This document shows, in pieces, positions 29,344 through 42,709 of a DNA stretch of 64,000 nucleotides. The notes below the pieces were generated by a model. That model saw only the letters and a list, made by a program, of their open reading frames with translations, was not told the DNA's origin and did not search any database. The DNA comes from Azolla caroliniana (Eukaryota; Plantae; Polypodiophyta). Numbering within the stretch: position 1 is the first letter of the stretch; the number at the start of each line of letters is the position of its first letter. The stretch covers positions 7,564,001-7,628,000 of the forward strand of contig JBHGNT010000008.1 in the NCBI GenBank assembly GCA_043228905.1, in the 5' to 3' direction. A program made the translations under genes and the position numbers.

Positions 29344-32300
29344 TGTAAAGAATCAAGAGATGGATTCTTGTGAAGCGGAATAGATGTGTGTTATGTGCAT
29401 GCGTGCGTGCGTGCGTGTGCATGCGTGCGTGTGTGTGTGTAAGAGAGAGAGAGAGAGAGTATACACAAGGTAGATTGTATTAACAAAGGAGAAAGACTCA
29501 ACATCATACAAGGTGGGAGGAGGGTGCTTTATATAGTCACCCTCTCTCTTCATTAACTACAAGACTCATGGAGCATGGGGAATGTGAAAGCTCATAAGTT
29601 ATGTGTCATAGAATATGATTCTATGACTCATACTAAATGCTAGAATACAAAGTGGTGACTTAATGGTGACTCTTGACCGTTGGAGTGTCTATTCACTCTT
29701 AAGGTGAGTTCACACACTAGACCAAGTTGAGCTTGATTCTCAACACGCCCCCTCAAGCTCAAGTCGGGTCGGTTTCAGACGGTATTTGAAATCCGCTTCA
29801 CCTCGCATTCCGGAGTCCGCGTCGAGTTGCATTTATGCGGAGTTGCGAAATCCGTGCTCCAACTTGCGTTGTGCGTAGTTGCGAAGGCTGTGCTTCGTCT
29901 TGCGTGTTTCTTCGCGGCTTTGCGCGGTAGATCGACTCTTCGCGGCTTCGTTGTGTGGTTGCGTAATCCACATGTTATTGCGTAATGTGCGCGGTTTGCG
30001 GAATCCACGCATTATTGCATAATATCTTCAGTACTCCCCCTCAAGCTTGGCAGGTCAAGGATCGTCAATCCGAGATCGATCATGAATTGCCACAGCTTGT
30101 TGGCTCCTAAGGCTTTAGTGAATATGTCGACCGTTTGAAGATTTGTGCTAATGTGTTGTAGGTCGACATCGCTAGCTAGAACACGCTCTCGGATGAAGTG
30201 ATAGTGCACTTCGATGTGCTTTGTCCGCGCGTGGAACACCGGGTTCCGAGCTAGATAGATACTGCTCATGTTGTCGCAGTAAAGGGAGGTCGGATCCTTG
30301 ATGGGTACGCCCAGATCCTTCAAAATCCTCTTGAGCCATACGACTTCACACGCAGCTACGGTTGCACCCCTGTATTGCGCCCCTGTACTCGAAAGAGCGA
30401 CGGTAGGCTACTTCTTGCTACTCCAGGATATTGCTCAACTGCCGAGGGAGAAAACAAATCCGGAGGTTGACCTTCTATCGGCTTTGTAGCCAGCCCAATC
30501 AGCATCTGTGTACCCCTCGAGTCGTATTGGCATCACGATCTTGTAGAGGATGCCGCAATCCATTGTGCCGCTCACGTATCGTAGAACTCGCTTAGTGCAA
30601 TCCAAGTGAGTATCGCGCGATGTTTGCATGAATTGGCTAAGGAGACCGACCGGATAACTGAGATCGGGTCGAGTGATCGTGAGGTAGATGAGACTCCCAA
30701 TGAGTTGCCGATCCTGAGTCAACTCACACGCTTTGGTGCCAGAGTTCGCATCCAGTTTGAGATTGTGATTGAGCGGGGTTGCCGCGGATTTGCACTCAGC
30801 CATCCCGAACTTGTATAGCAAGTTGAGGATGTAGTGCCATTGAGAGATCATGATTCCGACCGGAGTTCGAATTACCTCGATGCCGAGGAAGTAGTGGAGC
30901 TCCTTCATTTCCGTCATCTCGAACTTGTTGGAAAAGAGGGATTTGACCTTATTGATTTCGACGAGATACTCACCTCCAATGACTAGGTCATCCACATATA
31001 AGATGATAACGATCGGACTTGCGGAATCGCTTCGTATGAAGAGGGAGTTGTCCGATTTTGACATACGGAAGCCAATTTGATGAAGATATTGCGTTATCTT
31101 CGAATGCCAAGCACGCGGTGCTTGCTTGAGGCCATAGAGAGGCTTCTTGAGTGGGCATACAGCTTTCGGATGGGTGCTCGAGTTGAAGCTGGGTGGTTGG
31201 ATCATGTACACCTCCTCTTCTAATTCGCCTTGTAGAAAGGCGTTCTTGACGTCCATTTGATCGCCGCGGCAAGCGCAATTACAGTTCGTACTATCGTCAT
31301 CTTTGCCACCGGGGCAAAGGTCTCTTCGTAGTCAACTCCGTGCGTTTGTGCGTAGCCTTTCGCTACGAGTCGCGCTTTGTAGCGGTTGACGGAACCGTCG
31401 ACGTTGTACTTCACTTTGTAAATCCATCTGCATCCGATCTCCTTTTTGTGTGGTGAGGTGGGAACGAGATCCCACGTCTCGTTCTTCCGTAGTGCCTGCA
31501 TCTCCTCGTTCATTGCTTCGATCCATCGCGGGTCCTTCGCGGTTTCGGAAAAGGTTTCCGGCTCCCGTACTGTTGCTACCTTCATCATAAAGGCGTAATG
31601 GTACGCCATATAATCGTTGTAGCCGAATCGGCTTACGAGGTTCTTCTCACGGGTGGATCGGCGAAGCTTTTCATTTGCAGAGATGAGGGCTTTCTTAGCT
31701 CCGATTGGTACCTCGAAACCGCCGAACTCACTGTCGAGTGAGTGAGTCGACTCATCGTCGTCGAAGTGATCGTCTACGTATTCCGCCATTTTCGTCTTGC
31801 CTTTGTCCATCTTCGGGCTAGGCCGTGATGTGCTTTGATCGCTCAAAGGCTATTGTGGTCCGCTTCGTCGGGTCGTGATCGGACTTTCTTCGAACATGCG
31901 CGTAAGGCGATCTTCATCCTCTATCTCTTGTTCGGCAGATTCCGGGTCCAGCGGAGTCGGAGTCGAAGTTGTCTCTGGTGCGTACCAGGATGCGGACTCG
32001 TCAAAAACGACGTCTCGACTTACTCGAGATTTTCGAGTTGAGGGGTTGTAGCACTTGTACCCCTTTTGCTCTAGTGAGTATCCTATGAGGACAGATTTCT
32101 CCGACTTTGGGTCAAGCTTTTGATGCTTCTCGTCGGGGATGTGCACGTACGCTATCGCGCCGAATATGCAGATGTGCGACAAGTCCGGCTTCTTTCCAAA
32201 GTATTTTTCGTGCAATGTGACCTCGTGCACGCCGGATGTTGTGCATGGGTTCATTAGGTAGACGACCGTATTTGTAGCTTCGGCCCAATATGACTTGGGC

Positions 32301-34517
32301 ATATGCTTCTCGTTCATCATGGCCCGCGCTACTTCGAGGATGTGTCGATTTTTGTGCTCGGCTACCCCGTTTTGTTGCGGAGTGTGTCGGCAAGTGAATT
32401 CTCGCCGAATTCCTTCCTTTCGGAGATACACCGTGAAATCGTCCAAGAAGTACTCTTTGCCGCCATCCGATCGGAGACATTGTACATGTCGGTCCGTGGC
32501 TTTCTCGACTTCATTCTTGAATTTTTGGAAGTGTCTGAACACTTCGCTCTTTTGCCGCATCGGATAGATCCAAGTGTGCCTAGAAAAGTCGTCGATGAAG
32601 AGCACGTAGTATCGGCATCCGCCGAATGTAGCCGTCTGTGCCGGTCCCCATACGTCGGAATGGACTACGTCGAGTAGCCCTTTGCTCACGTTCCGCTCTT
32701 TTGGGAATGGGTGTCGGTGTTGCTTGCCGAATTGGCACGCTTCGCATACACCGTCAATCTCCTTCTCTTTGAATGTCGGGAGTCCGATGGTGACTCCTTT
32801 CGATTTCATTGCTTTGAGTTTGTTTAGATTGATGTGACCAATTCGCTTATGCCATAACTCTATGTCGGAGTCGGCTTTCGTGCTTTTCGCGAACATGGCG
32901 GATTTCATCTCGTGTGAATTGAGAATGAACATCCGGCCCTCTCTTCTTCTGCGTGCGATGATTCAACCTTCTTTTTTGATGAAGCACCCTTCTTGGTCGA
33001 ATCGTACTTGCATCCCTTGCTCAACCATTTGGCCGACCGAGACCAAATTCTTCGTGATGGTGGGAACATGCAAGACATTTTTAATGTATGTTTGCTTACC
33101 TCTTTTGCCAAACAGAACATTGCCGATGTGCCGGATCGGGTGCGTAGTGTCATCTCCGGTTTCGACATAACCGGGTCGCTCCGGCTCTCGAAGTTCGAGA
33201 AACCATTCTTTTTGGGATGTCATATGGTTTGAGGCTTCAGAGTCAACAAACCATACGTCCTCCTGATTGAGGGCACTAGTTGAGGTAGAGGCCGACATAG
33301 AGTTTGCTCTATGTTTCATCATGAACATACCGCCACGGTCGGAGTTGCGTGCATACATTCCGCCACGATCTTCGTAGTCGGAGTTGTTCCCGTACATTCC
33401 GCTATACTCTTCGTAGTCGGAATTGTGCACGTAATTCGTGAGATGTCGGCTTGTGGAAGCTGATTCACGCATCTTCTTTTGGCACTCTTCTTCGTAGTGG
33501 CCAAGCTTTCCGCAATATCCGCATTCGGTTACGTTTTGACGGCTCGGGTCGGAGTGGAAGCTCCCCCTTCTTGCGAAGGTTCCTCGTTGGCTTCCGTTTT
33601 GTGGTCGAAATTGGGAGTTGTTGTCGTAGGTCGGACCTCATCCGCCTTGTCCTTGGCCGAATCGGCCTCTCGATCGTCCGCATCCTCTTCCTCAGTTCGA
33701 GTGCGTGTAGAGCATGTGGCCTTCCGACTCGTTGCTCCTTGTACGCACGTGGTTTTCTTCGACCAATAACATTGATTGGAGCTCGAAGAAGGAGGGAGAT
33801 TTCTCCCGTGCTAGAACGGTGGTTCGCATCGCACCGAACCATATTTGAACCATCTCATCATCATCGATATTTACGCTTATTGAGCCGAGCGAATCGCAAA
33901 TATCCTTGATCTTTGAGGTGTATGTCGTAATGGACATGTCCCTTTGTTGAATGTTGTTCAACTCTTGGCGGAGTTGAAGCCTTCTTGCAGTTGTGTTTGC
34001 GCGAAAATCTTTCGTAGATTTTCCCATGCCTCCTTCGGTGTCTTGGTTTTGCGAATGTAGCCGAGCATGTGACCGTGAACACATGTCGCCAAGTAATACA
34101 TCACGCGGCTTGCGGCTTGCTCCCATGTCGCGTATCCGGGAGCCGCTTTGGCGGGTCGGTCTTCATGCGCTCCTTTGATGTAGCTCCAATAGCCTTGTCC
34201 GACAAGGTATTGGTGCATCTTGTACTCCCAAGATGCGAAGTTGTTTCGATCCAACTTCTTGGTAGGGAGAGCGCTCCCCATTTGAGTATTCATTATGTCG
34301 ATTCTTCTTCTTCTTCTTCTTCTTCTTCTCTCTTCGAATGCGAGCTATGTAGTGAAGCTACGATAGCGATGAGCCGGTTCTTGGTCGTCGGCGTAGAGCA
34401 CAACACACGATCACGATGAGGCGAATGAGCTAGATCGAGCTACCAAATCGCTCTGATACCATGTAAAGAATCAAGAGATGGATTCTTGTGAAGCGGAATA
34501 GATGTGTGTTATGTGCG

Positions 34518-34556
<39 letters not shown>

Positions 34557-34839
34557 ACGCAAGGTAGATTGTATTAACAAAGGAGAAAGACTCAACATCA
34601 TACAAGGTGGGAGGAGGGTGCTTTATATAGTCACCCTCTCTCTTCATTAACTACAAGACTCATGGAGCATGGGGAATGTGAAAGCTCATAAGTTATGTGT
34701 CATAGAATATGATTCTATGACTCATACTAAATGCTAGAATACAAAGTGGTGACTTAATGGTGACTCTTGACCGTTGGAGTGTCTATTCACTCTTAAGGTG
34801 AGTTCACACACTAGACCAAGTTGAGCTTGATTCTCAACA
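29344..34839 (-). mobile_element. Ty1/Copia LTR retrotransposon 'Copia-1', full-length, coding region disrupted
   Basis: TG..CA LTRs 34462-34839 (5') and 29344-29745 (3'); PBS TGGTATCAGAGC (tRNA-iMet) at 34461-34450; PPT CTTGAGGGGGCG at 29757-29746; flanks GAAAG/GGAAG. Gag, protease (WFVDS), integrase (WHKRIGH, VHSDVWG, RSDGG), RT (YKARLVAKG, YVDD) and RNase H (KHIEVHYHF) occur in Copia order but in broken frames. Confidence 0.95.
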
Positions 34840-35601
34840 GGAAGTGGATAGAAAGTGGGGTGGGTGTAGATGACAAGTGGATGAATGACGAGTTGGTGAT
34901 GACGTTCGGGCCAAGCGACTACTTGATTGAGCACCCAAAGGTTCAAGTAAGAAAGTGGTAACAGTGTGGGGCCAACATCACTTCTCCATAGCATGCTAGT
35001 GGGACTGGGAGTTTGAACACATTACAATTTCTCTCGCGGCATGTGCGTAGGAGTGGGGGTTTGAGCAAATGACAATTCCATGGAAGTGTGTCATGAAGTA
35101 TAGTGATGGCCAAGTGGTTTTTGAGGGCCACTTTGGATGTTTCGAATTCTCTCCATATCAAGATGTGAAGCTGGGTGTGTCAATCAACATGAAATAATGC
35201 TCGAGTGATCATAGAGATGATCGACATCGAAATGTTGAGTAAAACAAGTCAAGGCCATGGCACACAAAGGGGTACTTGCAAGATTGTATGGTATGGTTCG
35301 CTTTATTGTTAAATGAGACCAACATCCAAACAGAAGGCAACCATTTCTTAAACAAGGGGTATGGTTTGCCTTGTGTCCAATACACCCTTGTGTTGTTGTC
35401 GTATCTGAATATGGTTGGACTATCGCTCCATCCACACACCTGTGGTGGTCGAGGTTGGCGATGGTCTCAAACTTTTGCGTAGAGGTGCTCCTAAGAAGCC
35501 CATCTAGGTTGTGTTCCATCAAGCACTGAGGATGATATAAGGTTTTTCCATCATGGAAGTAGAGGCCTAAGTTGAGGAAGAGAGGATAAGGACGATAGAC
35601 C

Positions 35602-36777
35602 TGTTGGCTGGTGGCTGGAGTATGAAAGACAAGTGGGGGACGAGTCGGAAGCGGAATTTAAGTTATTAGTATAAGTTATTAATTATCTAGAATTAAAATA
35701 GGGGCGAATGGATCCGGAAGAGTTGCACCAATCAAGATCTAGACCGATTTGTAACCGGTTGTCGATATGGCACCGTTTTGTAAACAGAATCGGATGCCTA
35801 TAAAAGGATCCGAAGAATGATGTATTAAGGGACGAAATTAATATAAGTAAAGTTGGCTTTAAGATTATTGTGTATAAACTTGCTTTCCGTTCTGTGCTTA
35901 TTGTCATATCCTACACGTGTAATCAATCCGTGTATGTTGTTAATCGGGAACCGATCCGGAACCAATTGGATAAAATTATATCTATATCGGAAGCATTAAC
36001 TTGTAACCATCCCTTTGGTGAAGTGATCCGGAAGGACACCCTGTGTTAGTGGCTAGTCCGACCCAGGATTAACACAGTTTTGGCGACCACAATGGCGAAT
36101 CCCCCTTTGGAAGAAGCCAATGAAAAGACGCGGTGGCATTATATGCGAGAGAGCAAGAAATGGAATTAATGAGAGTGCGTGAATGACAATGATATATGTA
36201 TGCGAGTGCGGGAAATAACGACAATGTACGTGCGAGAAAAGCTTATGACGATGTGCAAGACATAGCGATAAAGTGCAAGAAATGGTGTAAATGTGCGAGT
36301 AACGACGGCGACGTAGATGCGCGAGTGCAAGAAATGATGATGTTATGCGAGTGTGTGGTTAGCGACAAATGACGGTGGCAAAGTGCGAGACGGAGTTGAA
36401 GCATGATATGTGGTGACAACGTCCAAGAAGAAGTCGATGAATGGACGCGGTGGAAGTATGTACGAGAAATCGAATCAACGAAGTGCAGCAAATGGCGATC
36501 ACGATGTGCTAGACGAAGTCGAGGAATGAGACGTGGCGATATGGGTGTGCGAGAACTAGCAAGGTGTGTGTGTAGGAAACAGAAACAGAAAGACACGACC
36601 AGATTAGAGGACAAGGGAGATACGAAAATAGGAGGCGCAAACGACGATGGCAATGGAGAAAAAGAAAAGAAATCGAAACCCGAATCGAGTCGGCCGATGG
36701 AAAAAGCGAAAAAATCCGATGACGAAACAACAAGAAAAAAAAAGAAGAAGAAACTATTCGATATGATGAATGGCTAG
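35602..36777 (+). mobile_element. Truncated gypsy-like LTR element: putative LTR (~35602-36074), PBS-like site and degenerate repetitive internal sequence
   Basis: TGTT...AACA-bounded segment with CCTATAAAAG, followed by TTTTGGCGACCAC (PBS-like), then degenerate GTGCGAG/AAATGACG repeats; no second LTR or pol seen. Confidence 0.4.
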
Positions 36778-36780
36778 TAA

Positions 36781-37330
36781 TGGGCCCAGTTTCGGCTCAA
36801 ACCGAACCGAACCGTTAAACTGTGGCTTAATGGTTTATTGGTTCCAAAATAAATAAACTGTTTGGTTTGGTTTCAAATGTTATGATCCGGTTTGGTTTCG
36901 GTTTGGTTTGGTTTTGAATTTCATGGTTTAGCAGTTTAGCGGTTTCGGTTTATGTGGTTTGGTTTAAAGGTTTATAGGTAAAAAAATATTCCTAAATTTT
37001 CACCTCTAGGCTAACTTTCAACTTTTAATTTTAAACCTCTAGGCTCTAACTTATTAAATTTTATATACATTATAAGTAGAGTGTCCTTTTGATATATGAT
37101 TATCAAATTTTCACCTCTAGGCTAAATTTATGACAAGTATGATGACCAAATTTATGACAGGGATGATGACCAAATTTATAATAAGTGTGATAACTAAATT
37201 TATGATAAGTATGACCAAATTTATGATGATTTTCTCACATAGATTCATAATATGTATGATAATTGTAAAGAATCGATGGTGATTCTTGTGTAGCGGAATA
37301 GACTAGAGATATGTGTTGTGAGTGTGTGTG

Positions 37331-37377
<47 letters not shown>

Positions 37378-40300
37378 AGATTTTAACAACAATAGAATAC
37401 TCAAGAAGATGTATATTACAAAGGAGATTAATCGACTTAATTACAAAGTAGGAGGAGAGTGCTTTATATAGTCACTCTTTCTCTTCATTAACTACCGAAG
37501 CTCATGGGTCATGGGAAATGTGAAAACTCATTAGTTATGTGTCATAGAATATGATTCTATGACACATAGTTAATGTGTAGATAAGAGTGGTGACTTTTGA
37601 CCTTTGAGTGCACACTCTTAAGGGTGTGTTCACACACTAGACTAGGTTGACCTTGATTCTCAACACGCCCCCTCAAGCTCATCTTTGGTCGGCTACTTCG
37701 GTTGATGTCCGCTTTGGCTTGTATCCGGTTCAGACGGTATTCGGTACATCCGGCTCGTACTCCCCCTCAAGCTTGGTAAGTTAGGGACCGTCAATCCAAG
37801 GTCTAACAGGAATTGCCGAAGCTTGTCGGCTCCTAGGGCTTTGGTGAAGATGTTAGTTGTCTGAAGATTCGTAGTGATATGTTGAAGGTCGACATCGCCA
37901 ACTTGAACACGCTCTCGAATGAAGTGATAGTGCACTTCCATATGCTTCGTGCGTGTGTGGAACATCGGGTTTCGAGCCAGATAAATATTGCTTATGTTGT
38001 CGCAGTAAAGGAGAATCAGATCATTGATGGGAACGCCCAGATCCTTTAATATCCTCTTGAGCCATACGACTTCACATGCAACCACCACCGCGCTCCTGTA
38101 TTCGGCCTCTGTGCTCGAAAGAGCGACGATTGGTTGCTTCTTGTACTCCATGAGATGGCTCCACTTCCGAGGGAGAAGACAAAACCAGAGGTTGATCGTC
38201 GGTCGACGTTGTAGCCTGCCCAATCGGCATCTGTGTACCCCTCGTGGCCGACTTATAGAGAATGCCATAGTCCATCGTTCCGCTCACGCATCGTAGCACT
38301 CTCTTAGCACAATCCAAATTGATATCTCGTGGCATTTGCATGAACTGGCTAAGAAGACCGACCAGATAGCTTAGGTTTGGTCGAGTGATCGTGAGGTAGA
38401 TAAGACTACCGATCAGTTGTCGATACTGAGTCGGCTCACACTTTGTGGTGCCAGAATTGACATCTAGTTTGAGGTTTCGGTCGAGAGGTTTTGCCACAGA
38501 CTTGCACTCAATCATCCTGAACTTGTATAACAAGTTGAGAATGTAGTGCTGTTGGGAGATCATAATCCCGGCTGGAGTCCGAATTACCTCGATGCCAAGG
38601 AAGTAGTGGAGCTCTTTCATGTACGTCATCTCGAATTTGTTGAAAAGCAGGGATTTGACCTTGTTGATGTCGACTAGATGCTCACCTCCAACGACCAGAT
38701 CATCCACGTATAGGATGATGATGATCGGACTTTCGGAATCGCTTCTTACATAGAGAGAATTGTCGGATTTTGACATTCGGAAGCCGATTCGATGAAGATA
38801 TTGTGTTATCTTCGAGTGCCAAGCACGTGGTGCTTGCTTAAGGCCGTAGAGAGGCTTCTTGAGTCAATAGATGGCTTTCGGATGAATGTTGGATTCGAAG
38901 CCGGGTGGTTGTACCATGTACACCTCCTCTTCTAATTCGTCTTGAAGAAAAGCGTTCTTGACATCCATCTGGTGGAGGTGCCACCCTTTCGCTGTTGCAA
39001 GCGCTATCACGGTTCGCACGGTTGTCATCTTTGCCATCGGGGCAAAGGTCTCTTCATAGTCGACACCCTATGTTTGTGGGTAGCCCTTTGCAATGAGTCG
39101 AGCTTTGTAGCGGTTGACGGAACCGTTGGCATTATACTTCACTTTGTATATCCATTTGCAGTTGATTTCCTTCTTGTGTGGTGAGTGAGGGATGAGATCC
39201 CATGTCTCATTCTTGCTGAAAGCTTGCATCTCCTCATTTATCGCTTCGACCCATCGCGGATCTTTAGTGGCTTTGGCAAAGCTCTCCGGTTCTCGAACTG
39301 TTGCCACCTTCATCATAAAGGCATAGTGGTATGCCATATAGTTGTTGTAGCCGAATTGGCTAACCAGATTCTTCTCTCGAGTGGATTGACGGAGTTTCTC
39401 ATTTGCCGATGTGAGTGCTTTCTCAACTCCGGGTGAACTCGTAAGAGACACATCAAAGCCATCAAACTCACTATTGAGTGGATGAGTCGATTCGTTGCCG
39501 TCGAAGTGATCGTCTTCATATTCTGGCATTTTGGCCTTCCCTTTGTCCATCTTTGGACTTTGCTGAGATGCGCTTTGGTTGCTCGGAGGCTCTTGTGGTC
39601 CACTTAATCTAGTTGAGATCGGACTCTCTTCGAGTATTGACCTTAGTTGATCATTGTCTTCTGTGTTGTCGAGGTTGTTCGTAGATGGTTCGGGAGGAGT
39701 CGGCTCGGGTTTGTACCATGATGTCGATTCGTCAAAGACGACATCCCGACTTACATGAGTCTTCCGAGTAGAGGGGTTGAAGCACTTGTACCCCTTTTGC
39801 TCCAGTGAGTACCCCACGAGGATGCACTTCTCTGATTTTGGGTCAAGCTTCTACCGCTTCTCATCGGGAATGTGCACGTATGCAATGGAGCCGAATATCC
39901 TTACATGGGATAGATCTGGCTTCTTCCCATAGTATTTCTCGTGCGGGGTGACCTCGTGCACTCCAGATGTTGTGCACCGGTTCATGAGGTAGACAACGGT
40001 ATTTGCAGGTTCTGCCCAATATGACTTGGGCATATGCTTCTCATTTAGCATAGCCCTTGCTACTTTGAGGATGTGCCGGTTCTTGCGTTCGGCTACACCA
40101 TTCTGTTGCGGTGTGTGTCGGCAAGTGAATTCTTGCCGAATTTCTTCTTGTCAAAGGTATGTCGTGAACACGTTAGAGAAGTATTCCTTTCCTCCGTTTG
40201 ACCAAAGACATCGTACATGACGCCCAATTGTCTTTTCGACTTCGCTTTTAAATTTTTGGAAGTGTGTAAACACTTCGCTCTTCATCCTCATGGGAAAGAT

Positions 40301-42192
40301 CCACGTGTATCTAGAGAAGTTGTCGATGAAGGTAACATAGTACCGACATCCTCTGAACGTAGCCATTTGTGCTGGTCCCCACACATCCGAGTGGACTACG
40401 TCCAATAGGCCTTTGCTCACGTTCCTCTCCTTCAGGAACGGGTGCCGATGTTGCTTGCCGAATTGGCATGCTTCACATACTCCTTCAATCTCTTTTTCTT
40501 TGAAGGTTGGGAGCCCGATGAAGACTCGTTTCGATTGCATCGCCTTGAGTTTGTTGAGATTGATATGGCCGATTCTTTTATGCCATAGCTCTATGTCGGT
40601 GTTGGGTTTGAGGCCCTTTGCAAACATGGCCGATTTTACCTCGTTCGCTTTGAGGATAAACATTCGGCCTTCCCTTCGACCATGAGCAATTAGTCGGCCT
40701 TCCTTCTCGATGAAGCAACCTCCTTGGTTGAATCGAACTTGCATCCCTTGCTCCACAATTTGGCTGACTGAGATCAAATTCTTCGTTACGGTGGGTACAT
40801 GTAAGACATTTTTTATGCAAGTTTGTTCACCTTCTTTCCCGAATGGGACATTGCCGACATGCTGAATCGGATGAGTGGTGTCGTCTCCGGTCTTGACATA
40901 ACCAGGTCGATCCGGCTCTCGAAGGTCTTTGAACCATTCTTGATGGGACGTCATATGGTTCGAAGCACCGTAGTTGACGAACCATACATCTTCCGGATTA
41001 GAGGCATTAGTCGAAGTAGAGGCCGACATAGAATTTGCTCTATGTCTTATTACAAACATTCCTCCATGATCTTCATAGTCGGAGTTGGTTATGTAATTGG
41101 TGAGTTCTCGGCTTGTGGAAGCTAACTCGCGCTTCTTCTTCCGGCACTCTTCTTCATGATGGCCGATTTTTCCGCAATATCTGCATTCGATCGAGTTTTG
41201 TCGACTCGAACCGGAATGGAAGCTCCCCCTTCTTCTGAAGGTTCCTCGATGGCTTCCATCTTGTTGCCGAACTTAGGAGTTGTTGTTGTAAATCGGACCT
41301 TGTCCGCCGCCTCGTCCTTGGCCGAATCGGCCTCTTGCTCGACCACGTCCTCTTCCTCCATTCGAATGCGTGTAGAGCATGTGGCCTTCCGAGGCATTGC
41401 TCCTTGTTTGAACATGATTCTCTTTGACCAATAACATAGATTGAAGATCGAATTAGGAGGGTGGATTCTCCCGTGCTAGTATGACGGTCCGCATCGCGCC
41501 GAATCGTGGTGTAAGGCCGCCGAGGCATATTTGCACCATTTCGTCATCCTCCACATTGACGCTTATTGAGCCGAGTGCATTACAAAGCTCCTTGATCTTC
41601 AATGTGTAGCTTGTGATGGACATATCCCTTTGTTGGATGTTGTTTAACTCTTGGCGGAGTTGAAGCTTCCTCGCGGTCGTGTTGGTGGCAAAAATATTTC
41701 GTAGATTTTCCCACGCTTCCTTCGGCGTCTCTGCTTCTCGAATGTAACCGAGCATGTGGTTGTGAACACATGTCACCAAACAATATGACTCGCCGCTTGC
41801 TCCCATGTTGCATAGTCGGGGTCTTCCGGATGGGGTCGGTTTTCTTGTGCTCCCTTGATGTAACCCCAATAGTCTTGGCCGACAAGGTATTGGTGCATCT
41901 TGTATTCCCAATATGCGAAGTTGTTTCAATCCAACTTCTCGCTAGGGAGAGCGCTCCCCATTTGAGTATTCATGGTGTTCGATGTAGATTTGCTTCTTCT
42001 TCTCTCTTGAATACGAGCTATGTAGTGGGACTATGATAGCGATGAGCCGGTTCTTCTTGAACGTCGACGTGGAGCACAACACACGCGGATGGGCTAGATC
42101 GAGCTACCAAACCGCTCTGATACAATGTAAAGAATCGATGGTGATTCTTGTGTAGCGGAATAGACTAAAAATATGTGTTGTGAGTGTGTGTG

Positions 42193-42230
<38 letters not shown>

Positions 42231-42709
42231 TGTGTGTGTGACACAAGATAGATTTTAACAACAATAGAATACTCAAGACGATGTATATTACAAAGGAGAT
42301 TAATTGACTTAATTACAAATTAGGAGGAGAGTGCTTTATATAGTCACTCTCTCTCTTCATTAACTACCGAAGCTCATGGGTCATGGGAAATGTGAAAACT
42401 CATTAGTTATGTGTCATAGAATATGATTCTATGAAACATAGTTAATGTGTAGATAAGAGTGGTGACTTTTGACCTTTGAGTGCACACTCTCAAGGGTGTG
42501 TTCACACACTAGACTAGGTTGAGCTTGATTCTCAACAATAATCAATATCTCAAAAAAATGATTTGGTTTGGTTTTGATTTATGATAAACCGGTTTGGTTT
42601 GGTTCTAAAATTTCCGTAAACGGTTTGGTTTAGTTTTTATTATAAATAAATGGTTTGGTTTGGTTTCAAGGCCAAGAAAACGAACTGAACCGAAACCAAA
42701 CCGGGCCCA
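36781..42709. mobile_element. Non-autonomous TIR (hAT/MITE-like) element interrupted by Copia-2
   Basis: Inverted ends TGGGCCCAGTTT (36781) / AAACCGGGCCCA (42709) with dense subterminal AAACCG/GGTTT repeats on both sides (36781-36970, 42560-42700) and an AT-rich core; no matching TSD found. Confidence 0.55.
37264..42537 (-). mobile_element. Ty1/Copia LTR retrotransposon 'Copia-2' (same family as Copia-1), decayed
   Basis: LTRs 42126-42537 (5') and 37264-37665 (3'); perfect TSD ATAAT; mutated PBS TTGTATCAGAGC; PPT as in Copia-1; gag-PR-INT-RT-RH fragments with stops and frameshifts. Confidence 0.95.

Noticed and set aside
28648-35600. Sequence flanking Copia-1 (28648-29343 and 34840-35600) as a gene or LINE remnant
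   Set aside because: Short stop-ridden frames with no family motif I can confidently recognise.
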